Part shown: in pieces, positions 8,129 to 16,662 of the stretch
Position numbering within the stretch: the stretch's first letter is position 1
Layout of the letters: the number at the start of each line of letters is the position of its first letter
Source: Patescibacteria group bacterium
Lineage (GTDB): Bacteria > Patescibacteriota > Saccharimonadia > Saccharimonadales > JAZKJC01
Assembly: GCA_040384565.1 (NCBI GenBank)
Contig: JAZKJC010000023.1
Span: forward strand, 1,481 to 65,480
Reading direction: 5' to 3'
DNA: 64,000 bases
The notes under the pieces: model-generated
Seen by the model: the letters and a program-made list of their open reading frames with translations, nothing else
What the model was told of the DNA's origin: nothing
The model's database searches: none
Program-made: the position numbers and the translations under genes

Positions 8129-9262
8129 ATGGCAAATAATTTGGTAAATCGGCTAATGGTAAATGGTAAATCTTTAAAGGTCGCTCTAGTCTGTGACTGG
8201 TTAACTGGCATTGGTGGCGCGGAGCGGGTTTTGCTGGAACTGCACAAAATGTTTCCAGAAGCCCCAATCTACACCTCCCAATACAACCCCAAAAAAATCG
8301 ATTGGTTCAACGAAGCCGATGTGCGTACTTCGTGGCTACAAAAGCTACCCGTAAGCCTCAAGAAATTTTTGCCCGTATTACGCTTTTGGTACTTCTGGCG
8401 GCTGGACTTGAGCGAGTACGACTTGGTCATATCGGAGACTGGAGCCGAAGCCAAGGCGATCAAATTTGGCTCCTCCACTACTCACATATGCGTCTGTAAC
8501 GCACCGACACATTATTACTGGAGCCGTTACGATGATTATATGAAGCACCCAGGCTTTGGCCCACTTGATCCCCTGGCTCGCCTGGGCCTGCGTTTACTAG
8601 CAGGCCCCTTACGTCGCTGGGACAAAAAAGCCGCTCAGCGCCCAACGCACCTGGTCGCTATTTCTACCCACATCCAAACCGAAATCCAGAAATACTATGG
8701 CCGGGAATCTGCCGTTATCCATCCTCCAGTAGACATAGAACGCTTCCAGCTAACAGCTACCAGCCATGAGCTACCAGCTAAGCGAGGCTTCGCAACCGCA
8801 GGCCGTCAAACCCCCTACAAACGCATAGATTTAGCCGTAGCTGCTTGCACGGAGCTAGAACTGCCACTCACAGTCATAGGGGACGGTCCGGAACACGCCA
8901 AACTTGTTAAAATGGCCGGCCCCACCATCACATTTGTCACTAGTGCTACGGACGAGCAAGTTGCCCAGCATTTCGCCTCCGCCAATGCTTTCATTTTCCC
9001 CGGCCTAGACGATTTTGGAATCGTTGCCGTAGAAGCTTTGGCCGCTGGCACTCCCGTAATAGCTTATCAAGCTGGTGGCGTATTGGATTACCTGGTTGAT
9101 GGAGAAACTGGCGCATTTTTCAGCAAACAAAGTTCGAGGAGCCTTATGCAAGCACTACATAACTTCAACCCAACAAAATATGATTCTGAAAAAATCAAAC
9201 AACATGCCCAAAAATTTTCAGCAGAACAGTTTAGGAATAATTTTGAAAAATTGATTAAGTAA
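8129..9262 (+). CDS. Family-4 (GT-B) glycosyltransferase
   Basis: 377 aa; C-terminal EDFGIVAVEALAAGTPVIA motif. The true start is probably ATG 8156 (MVNGKSLKV), because 8129-8155 is cassette flank low-complexity sequence. Confidence 0.8.
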   Translation: MANNLVNRLMVNGKSLKVALVCDWLTGIGGAERVLLELHKMFPEAPIYTSQYNPKKIDWFNEADVRTSWLQKLPVSLKKFLPVLRFWYFWRLDLSEYDLVISETGAEAKAIKFGSSTTHICVCNAPTHYYWSRYDDYMKHPGFGPLDPLARLGLRLLAGPLRRWDKKAAQRPTHLVAISTHIQTEIQKYYGRESAVIHPPVDIERFQLTATSHELPAKRGFATAGRQTPYKRIDLAVAACTELELPLTVIGDGPEHAKLVKMAGPTITFVTSATDEQVAQHFASANAFIFPGLDDFGIVAVEALAAGTPVIAYQAGGVLDYLVDGETGAFFSKQSSRSLMQALHNFNPTKYDSEKIKQHAQKFSAEQFRNNFEKLIK

Positions 9263-10028
9263 CTTTGGTAATGGTTTCAATAACCAGGGCAGTATCTTGC
9301 CATTTTTCAACGGCAATCGTCTCGGCACCCATTGCCTTAACGGGGTAGTCATTGCCACCCTCAGATAATCTATCTCCCACAAAAAGCAGCTCATCTAGAC
9401 CAAACTCCAACATTTCCAGAAGTTTTCTCATCCCATAGGCTTTATCAATATCCAGTTTAGTAACGTCAATGGAGGTAAGGCCACCTACCCGTACCTCGAA
9501 CCCAGGCATCATAGGGGCAATATAGTCCCGCAATTTATTCTTTTTAGAATTATTCGGATCCCATGCCTCTTTTATATCTACGCCTTTAGGGCCAAGTGCG
9601 GTCACAATATCTTGTCCCAGTGCCGAGAATGTAATTTGGCTGCCTCTATCTTCTAATATTTCACCGTATACTTTCTTTTCCCGGAAACCCAAATCATCCA
9701 AGCCCTTATTAAATGCCTTGATGATTTTTTCTTTTTCAGCGGGTGTAAAATCTTCTGCGTATTGCATTTCCCACTTGCCGCTAGCAATGTCAAACAGATA
9801 ATAGCGGGTGCCGCAGGTTGGCATAATGTGTAGCCGCTGCAGTTCAGTCGGGGATGCCTCTAGATTACCTAATAGCTGCATCTCGAACTGGCCAAACTTA
9901 CCACCTGATATAACACATACTTCGTAGAGTTGCAGAAGCCGTTTTATAAGTCCTGACATTTTACCGGGTAGTGGTGATTTGCTGGGCGCTAATGTTCCAT
10001 CTAAATCAAAGGCTATAACTTTCTTCAT
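9255..10028 (-). CDS. HAD-IIB hydrolase, eukaryotic-type phosphomannomutase-like
   Basis: 257 aa; motif I AFDLDGTL; GGLTSIDVTKLDIDKAY and FVGDRLSEGGNDYPV match the PMM pattern GGxISxDV...DK / GDxxxxGGNDY. Confidence 0.7.
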   Translation of the reverse strand: MKKVIAFDLDGTLAPSKSPLPGKMSGLIKRLLQLYEVCVISGGKFGQFEMQLLGNLEASPTELQRLHIMPTCGTRYYLFDIASGKWEMQYAEDFTPAEKEKIIKAFNKGLDDLGFREKKVYGEILEDRGSQITFSALGQDIVTALGPKGVDIKEAWDPNNSKKNKLRDYIAPMMPGFEVRVGGLTSIDVTKLDIDKAYGMRKLLEMLEFGLDELLFVGDRLSEGGNDYPVKAMGAETIAVEKWQDTALVIETITKVT

Positions 10029-10040
10029 TCTACTCCTCGT

Positions 10041-11252
10041 CTATTTTTTAAATCGTTTGCTACTCTCCGACTCGGCGCTGCCACCAACAAAAGCTAGAAA
10101 TCTCTCTGGAGTTATCAGTTCCCACTCAACTTGATCGCCATAATTTGCCAGCCATTCCTTTGGAGCCAAAACCGCTTTTTTGGTGTTCCATTTCATTTCA
10201 TAACCAAAATACTTTCCGTCACGCTCCTCCACCAGATCAATCTCGCTGCCTTTCCAGGTTCGCCAAAAGTACTGGTTGGCGTGCGGGCCATAATATGATC
10301 TTTTTTTAAGTCGCTCCACAACCGCGAAATTTTCCCATAACTGCCCAATATCATTTCTTATTTCTAGAGGGTTGAAGTTGCCAATTACCGCATTACGCAC
10401 ACCGAGATCATAGAAATAGTATTTAGGCTTTCGCGTGACCTCGCTACGCATATTACGGCTTAACCCTCCAAGCCTGAATATAATAAACGCTTTTTCCAAC
10501 AGATCCAGGTAACGCTCAACTGTTTTACGGTCTATCCTCAAATTGCCTCCAATCTCGGTAGCCGAAACTTCACCCCCAACCTGATATGCCAACAAATTTA
10601 GTAGCTGCAATAATATTCTAGAGCCTTTGACTTGTTGGAATTCCAAAATATCTTTTAGCAAATACGAATCTACCAATTCCTGCAAAAACTCCCGCTTTTG
10701 ATCATCGTTTTTGGCAGTAACTGATGAGGGGTACATTCCATAAACCAGTAGATTCGGTAGCGCTTTTGATAAGTCATGCTCGGGTGTACGGCTCTCTCCA
10801 ACTAGCTCACTAACGCTCATTGGCAAAATATAACTTGTCCGCTTACGGCCCGTCAATGGCTCACCTATCTGTCCGGATAGCTCAAAAGCAGATGAGCCCG
10901 TCACTACAACCGTGACCTCTGGCATAACATCTACAAGTAACTTCAGGCTACGCCCAATATTGGGTATCATCTGGGCTTCATCGATAATCAAAACCTGGTT
11001 ATCCCCAACCAGCTTGCGCAAATTATCGGTTTCAGTGTAGGCAAAGTCATTTTGCACACTCAGACTATCCCCAACGTAGTGGACGAATTTGGTCTTTGTG
11101 GTCGCCATAAAGCTTTTTAGTAGAGTAGTCTTGCCGCTACGCCTGGGTCCAAGCAGCACCAAGGCCTTGCCTGGCATTAGTTCTTTTTCGATATCAATAT
11201 ATCTTTGTAGCTGCATAGGCAACATCTTAGCACGAATGCCTCCAAATTGCAA
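10041..11252 (-). CDS. AAA ATPase with DUF4143-like C-terminal region
   Basis: 403 aa; Walker A GPRRSGKTTLL, Walker B VLIIDEAQ; the real start is probably an internal Met (MLPMQLQRY). Confidence 0.7.
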   Translation of the reverse strand: MQFGGIRAKMLPMQLQRYIDIEKELMPGKALVLLGPRRSGKTTLLKSFMATTKTKFVHYVGDSLSVQNDFAYTETDNLRKLVGDNQVLIIDEAQMIPNIGRSLKLLVDVMPEVTVVVTGSSAFELSGQIGEPLTGRKRTSYILPMSVSELVGESRTPEHDLSKALPNLLVYGMYPSSVTAKNDDQKREFLQELVDSYLLKDILEFQQVKGSRILLQLLNLLAYQVGGEVSATEIGGNLRIDRKTVERYLDLLEKAFIIFRLGGLSRNMRSEVTRKPKYYFYDLGVRNAVIGNFNPLEIRNDIGQLWENFAVVERLKKRSYYGPHANQYFWRTWKGSEIDLVEERDGKYFGYEMKWNTKKAVLAPKEWLANYGDQVEWELITPERFLAFVGGSAESESSKRFKK

Positions 11253-11334
11253 TACTTAGGGGACTACTACTCCCCCAAATATCAATATTTAGGTCATTAA
11301 TGCTGGCTCAAACCGATGTACACTACCGGTCTGA

Positions 11335-12372
11335 CTATTTTTTAAACCGCTTACTGACTTCACCCACCTGTTGGGCCAAATCTTTTCTGGTTACTAGCAA
11401 GCCATGTGGTGTGTTAATAACCGCCACGTTATTCAGGCCAATCACTGCCAATGGCTTGTCCTCATGATTTTGTATGAAAGAGTTTTCCACGCCCTCCAGC
11501 TCTACTTTTTCACCGTGCACATGATTGCGCTGCTCATCGCTTTCCACAGCTTTATGAATATCATTAAATGACCCTACGTCCATCCAGTCAAACGCCGCCG
11601 GAATCACAAGCAGGTCTTTTACCTTTTCCATTAACGCATAGTCAATAGAATTATTCTCTAGCGCCAGATAAACTTCTTCAAATGCTTCAGGAGTTTTGGT
11701 AGCCAGAAGCTCCTCATAACCTTTCGCCATATTTGGGGCGTACTCTTTTAAGCTGTGCAAGAACGTATCCAGTGAGCCAATAAAATAGCTGCAGTTCCAC
11801 AAATAGTTACCACTTTTTAGGTATTTCTGGGCAAGCTTATGGTCGGGCTTTTCCTTAAAGGAATGCACGTTATAAACAAATTTTTCATCGTCAAATATCG
11901 CATCCTTTTGTATATACCCAAAGCCCGTAGCCGGATAATCAGGTTCAACCCCGATAAGCACAATTCTTCCCTGTTGTGCGGAAACGTCTGCAGCAATACT
12001 AAACGTCGCTACAAAACCATCGCTATCACGGATATAGTGATCGGCAGAGATGAACGCAATAGGCTCTTTGCTATCATGCCTGGAAGCCACATACATCAAC
12101 GCTGCAATTACACAGCTCGCCGTACCGCGCCGAGCTGGTTCAACTATAAATGCCTCGTCAGGTAGCTCAGAAAGCTGCTCACGGACATGATGGGCATGCC
12201 CAATTTCTGGTACAACGTAGATCTTGTCAGTCAAAAGCTTAGCTCTATCATAAGTATTTTGTAACAAAGAGCGCTCATCGCCATTAATTTTTAACAGGTG
12301 TTTGGGGTAATCAGGCGTAGACAGCGGCCACAGGCGTGTCCCAGAACCCCCCGCAATAATGACAATAATCAT
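11335..12372 (-). CDS. manC: Mannose-1-phosphate guanylyltransferase
   Basis: 345 aa; N-terminal IIAGGSGTRLWPLS nucleotidyltransferase motif; no C-terminal isomerase/cupin part. Confidence 0.8.
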   Translation of the reverse strand: MIIVIIAGGSGTRLWPLSTPDYPKHLLKINGDERSLLQNTYDRAKLLTDKIYVVPEIGHAHHVREQLSELPDEAFIVEPARRGTASCVIAALMYVASRHDSKEPIAFISADHYIRDSDGFVATFSIAADVSAQQGRIVLIGVEPDYPATGFGYIQKDAIFDDEKFVYNVHSFKEKPDHKLAQKYLKSGNYLWNCSYFIGSLDTFLHSLKEYAPNMAKGYEELLATKTPEAFEEVYLALENNSIDYALMEKVKDLLVIPAAFDWMDVGSFNDIHKAVESDEQRNHVHGEKVELEGVENSFIQNHEDKPLAVIGLNNVAVINTPHGLLVTRKDLAQQVGEVSKRFKK

Positions 12373-12533
12373 ATAGCTCCTATATTACCAGAGACATGGA
12401 CTTACTCCGAGGACATTCCGAACATAAGTACCTATTGAAAGCCTTCATATAAAAGCGTACAATTGACAACCTATTATGTTTATATTTAGGTATTGCAATA
12501 AAATAAACATTGTGTTATCATAGTAAGTGAAAT

Positions 12534-13106
12534 ATGAAAAATAAAAACTCAAAAAACAATACAGTTTCAAGCCGCAACAAAAAGTTAATGCTAGTAGCCT
12601 TTGCTGCCGTTTTATTAATTAGCGCTGCTCTATTGTACACACGCAAACAGTCCCAAAACACCGCTGGTACAGCTGAAACGCCCCAGCCAACAGAAACAAT
12701 CAATCTAGAACCAGCAACCGAGGAAGACAAGTTGCGAGCAGAGCAAAACAAACAGGCCATTGTTGAGCGTGAACGGCAGCTAGAAGAACAGCCACCTACT
12801 TCAGGCAAAAAAGAAGTTAAGCCAGTTATTACTTATGCGGGGCAATATGGCCCACGCGTTGAAGTGGGCGGGTATATACCAGGCATCTTTGAGGACGGTG
12901 GTACATGTACTGCTACATTTAGCCAAGGTTCTGCAACATTCAGCAAGTCTGTGAACGCCATCAAGGGGGCTAGTTCGGTAGATTGCCCGGTTATAGAAGC
13001 AACTACTGGAGAGTTCTCAACAAAAGGCACCTGGACAGTCATACTGGCTTACAACTCAGCTTCTGCAGCCGGATCATCAGAGCCTAAACAGGTTGAAGTA
13101 AAGTAA
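12534..13106 (+). CDS. Membrane-anchored hypothetical protein
   Basis: 190 aa; basic N-terminus, one TM segment (LMLVAFAAVLLISAALL), low-complexity linker, Cys-containing C-terminal domain. Confidence 0.5.
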   Translation: MKNKNSKNNTVSSRNKKLMLVAFAAVLLISAALLYTRKQSQNTAGTAETPQPTETINLEPATEEDKLRAEQNKQAIVERERQLEEQPPTSGKKEVKPVITYAGQYGPRVEVGGYIPGIFEDGGTCTATFSQGSATFSKSVNAIKGASSVDCPVIEATTGEFSTKGTWTVILAYNSASAAGSSEPKQVEVK

Positions 13107-13108
13107 TT

Positions 13109-15229
13109 ATGAAACGCTTTATATTCGCACTAAGTTTACTGGCAGGACTGGGTGTTTTTGCTTCATCTGGGATCCAAGTATCAGCTGCGAATAGTTCTGA
13201 TTTCCAAGCTGGACGCATTATGGATGACAGCGTTTTTTTCAATCCAAATACTATTTTGCCTATAACAATCCAAAGTTTTCTAGATAGCAAAGTACCAATT
13301 TGCGATACCTGGCATGCCGGTAGTGGCAGCAACCAACCACCCTTTACCTGTCTCAAAGATTATCGCCAGGAAACTCCTAATAAATGGGCAGAGCCAGGTT
13401 TATGCGGCGACTTCCAGGGAGGCAATAAATCATCCGCAGAAATTATCTATTACGTAGCCCAAAGCTGTGGGATCAATCCAAAAGTTTTGATTGTTATGCT
13501 TGAGAAAGAACAGTCTTTGATAACAGACAGCTGGCCATGGAATATTCAGTATAGGAGTGCTATGGGCTTTGGATGCCCTGACACTGCCCCTTGTGACGCA
13601 GAATATTATGGCTTCTTTAATCAAGTTTACAACGCTGCTCGCCAGTTTAAGCGCTATGCCAGAGACTCTGCATCTTTTAGGTACCGTGCCTACCGCGATA
13701 ATTACGTTCAGTACAACCCCAACCCAGGCTGCGGCGGGACTAACCTCTACATACGAAACCAGGCAACTGCGGGTTTATATAATTACACCCCTTATCAGCC
13801 TAATGCCTCTGCCTTAAACAACTTATATGGCGGCGGCGATAGTTGTGGAGCCTATGGCAATCGTAACTTTTGGAGGCTTTACACTGATTGGTTTGGAGGT
13901 ACATTTGGAGATCCGTACTATGCTCAACATCAATCTCAAAGTGGCTATCCAACTTTATACACCGGACAAAATACAACCGCATTCATTCAGTACAGAAACA
14001 TGGGCAACGCCCGTTGGTATGACGATACTAACGTTCCTAGTGGCGGCAGTCCAACACACCTTGCGGCTACTACGCCAATTAATCGTTCCAGCGTTTTCTC
14101 TGCCACATGGCCATCACCAGGCAGACCCAATGTTACTTTTTCTAAGGTTTTTGAAGCCGATGGTACGACACTTGCGGTTAATCAACATGCGGTTGAGCCA
14201 GGTCAAATTGCACGTTTTGAGTTTACTATTAGCGCTTCTGCTAACTTGGCTCCTGGTGTTTACCGCGAACACTTCCAGCCTGTCCTGGAGGGTTCTTCCA
14301 GTTGGTCAATGGGCGGTATGTCATGGTTAGACGTTACCGTTCTTAACCCCTATAAAGCAACTTTCCACTCACAAAGTGGCTATCCAACCCTTGTTCAAAA
14401 TACGACTACGCAAAGCTATATACAATATAAAAACACTGGGGTGAAAGATTGGTATGATGATCTTACCTCACCTACTAATAACAATGCGCCGCCTATTCGT
14501 TTGGCTACCACCGCCCCCATTAACAGAGCGAGTGGTTTTGGCAGCACATGGCCAACTACTAATCGTCTAAGCACGCTGTTCAGTATGGTATACGAAGCTG
14601 ATGGCATAACTCCCAGCAACGTGCAACACCTAGTACAACCCGGCCAAATCGCTCGTTTTGAGTTTAAATTTACTGCAGGAGCAGATCTAGCTCCAGGGGT
14701 TTACAGAGAACAATTTCAACCTTTAGTTGAAGGTTCATCAAACTGGAATATTGGCGGAGTTGCTTGGTACGATGTAGGTGTAGCCCCACGTGCCGGTAAA
14801 GCACAATATTTCTTACAAAGTGCCTACCCCACCACTGCTCGTGGGCAGGCTAACCCAAGCTTCATAAGCTACAAGAATGCGACTAATTTTCCTTGGTATG
14901 ATAGTGCGAGCAAGCCTGTTGGTATTTTGCCAGTTCACTTAGCATCCACATTTAATATCAATAGGTTGAGCGTCTTTAGCTGGGGATGGATAACTCAGAA
15001 TCGGCCTAATATTACTTTTTCAAAAGTTTATGAAGCTGACGGCACAACTCTTGCTTCAAACCAGAATATTGTTCAACCTGGGCAGATTGGTAAATTTGAG
15101 TTCAAACTGACACCACCGTGGAATATAAATTCTGGTACACACCGTGAGTACTTTCAGCCTCTTGTTGAGGGCGCGCAAGTCTGGGGCATTAGCGGGCTTG
15201 CGTGGCTCGATGTGACAGTCACACCCTAA
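13109..15229 (+). CDS. Secreted protein: Cys-rich N-terminal domain plus 4 Ig-like (NBR1-like) repeats
   Basis: 706 aa; signal peptide. Four repeats of about 120-135 aa share GYPT...W(Y/F)D...L(A/S)(T/S)..PINR.S.F...W....RP...S.V(F/Y)EADG(T/I)(T/P)......V.PGQI.(R/K)FEF......PG..RE.FQP(L/V).EG. The N-terminal domain is not assigned. Confidence 0.6.
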   Translation: MKRFIFALSLLAGLGVFASSGIQVSAANSSDFQAGRIMDDSVFFNPNTILPITIQSFLDSKVPICDTWHAGSGSNQPPFTCLKDYRQETPNKWAEPGLCGDFQGGNKSSAEIIYYVAQSCGINPKVLIVMLEKEQSLITDSWPWNIQYRSAMGFGCPDTAPCDAEYYGFFNQVYNAARQFKRYARDSASFRYRAYRDNYVQYNPNPGCGGTNLYIRNQATAGLYNYTPYQPNASALNNLYGGGDSCGAYGNRNFWRLYTDWFGGTFGDPYYAQHQSQSGYPTLYTGQNTTAFIQYRNMGNARWYDDTNVPSGGSPTHLAATTPINRSSVFSATWPSPGRPNVTFSKVFEADGTTLAVNQHAVEPGQIARFEFTISASANLAPGVYREHFQPVLEGSSSWSMGGMSWLDVTVLNPYKATFHSQSGYPTLVQNTTTQSYIQYKNTGVKDWYDDLTSPTNNNAPPIRLATTAPINRASGFGSTWPTTNRLSTLFSMVYEADGITPSNVQHLVQPGQIARFEFKFTAGADLAPGVYREQFQPLVEGSSNWNIGGVAWYDVGVAPRAGKAQYFLQSAYPTTARGQANPSFISYKNATNFPWYDSASKPVGILPVHLASTFNINRLSVFSWGWITQNRPNITFSKVYEADGTTLASNQNIVQPGQIGKFEFKLTPPWNINSGTHREYFQPLVEGAQVWGISGLAWLDVTVTP

Positions 15230-15266
15230 GCCTGCTACAATCATTACTGAATTATCGAGGGAAATC

Positions 15267-16652
15267 ATGTTAAAAAGCCACGCTCTTGTTTTTAGTGACT
15301 TCGAATCAAGCTGGTACAAACATTGGACACGAAAATTAAAACAAACACCCGCAGGCAAGGGAAAATTCGCTTTAAAAGCTAATAAGTTTTGGCAAAATGC
15401 CGTTATCACGCAAGCGCTTTACGAGAGAGGTGCATTGTCAAAAGGTCGTACAGGCATTGGATTTGGCGTTGGTATGGAGAGATTGCCGGCGCTTTTTGCG
15501 AGCATGGGTGTCAATGTAACAGCAACCGACCAAGAGTTCACTAAAGATCAAGCAAAAGACTGGGACAATGATCAGCTTGCATATGGTGCACAGTCTCTTA
15601 ATACGGAAGGTATATGCCCAGCCAATCTCTTCAAAAACAACGTTAGTTATCGTGCCGTCGATATGAAAAAAATCCCGAAAGATCTTGCAGGATCTTATGA
15701 TTTTCTATGGTCAAACTGTGCGCTAGGTCATCTTGGTTCAATAGAAGCGAGTCTGGACTTTATACAAAAGAGTCTGGATTGCCTAAAACCTGGTGGTTGG
15801 GCAGTTAGCACCACGGAAGTAAATTTCTTGTCAAATACCGAAACTCTGGATCAGAGCAGTACGGTATTTTTTAGGCAAAAGGATTTCCTGAACCTCTTCA
15901 CTAAATTGAGCAGGCAGGGTTACATCGTCAATCCACTTACCTTTGGCTTGGGAGAAAGTCAGGAAGACAAGCGATTTACTCTGGAGCCTTTGTGGGGAAA
16001 TGATTATTCCAAAATCTTATTTAACGGTTATATGGCTACGCAGGTAGTACTTATAGTTCACAAGCCACGGCGGCAACTAAGCCATGCCTTACGTAGTTTC
16101 CAGGTCGCCAAGCACAAACAGCAATATGTCAGAAATCTGTTGAAAATGCGCAAACACATTCGAAAAAATAAAGCGCTAGCTCAGGCCATTGCGGCCAATC
16201 TAGCAGCAAAGTCTCTTACAGCTGCAGACACTGCTGTACGCAAGCAAAAACAGCAACTAAAAGTCCGCCTGAAACGTGGTGAAAGTAAAGCGGTGCAGCT
16301 TGGTTATACTAATGCTTCTCAAGCTGGGCTATTCAAAATCCACCATTGTTTTGAAGGCACTAATCCAGTCACCGTAGCCACAGCCCATCCAATAAATCGT
16401 GTTTCACAGTTTAGGGACATGAACTGGTATGAGCCAAACCGGCCAGGCCTGCGATACCTAGAGACAGCTTCCAATTTTACAAATCCTCTAGAGGTTGAGT
16501 ATGTTAGGCCTATGCGGTCATTTTTTGCGGAGATAAACGTATCAGCCAAAAACGTAAAGCCAGGGCATTACGAAGAATGGTTTTGTTTGGTCAAAGAGCG
16601 GGATGACATGATACCCGACACTGAAGTTAAGCTGCTGGTAGAAGTGGTGTGA
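15267..16652 (+). CDS. Class I SAM-dependent methyltransferase fused to a C-terminal Ig-like (NBR1-like) domain
   Basis: 461 aa; motif I GIGFGVGMERL, DFLWSNCALGHL, LKPGGWAV. A basic coiled linker precedes a C-terminal module (PINRVSQF..W..PNRP...VKPGHYEEWF) related to the repeats of 13109-15229. No signal peptide seen. Confidence 0.6.
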   Translation: MLKSHALVFSDFESSWYKHWTRKLKQTPAGKGKFALKANKFWQNAVITQALYERGALSKGRTGIGFGVGMERLPALFASMGVNVTATDQEFTKDQAKDWDNDQLAYGAQSLNTEGICPANLFKNNVSYRAVDMKKIPKDLAGSYDFLWSNCALGHLGSIEASLDFIQKSLDCLKPGGWAVSTTEVNFLSNTETLDQSSTVFFRQKDFLNLFTKLSRQGYIVNPLTFGLGESQEDKRFTLEPLWGNDYSKILFNGYMATQVVLIVHKPRRQLSHALRSFQVAKHKQQYVRNLLKMRKHIRKNKALAQAIAANLAAKSLTAADTAVRKQKQQLKVRLKRGESKAVQLGYTNASQAGLFKIHHCFEGTNPVTVATAHPINRVSQFRDMNWYEPNRPGLRYLETASNFTNPLEVEYVRPMRSFFAEINVSAKNVKPGHYEEWFCLVKERDDMIPDTEVKLLVEVV

Positions 16653-16662
16653 TAAGCCGAAT

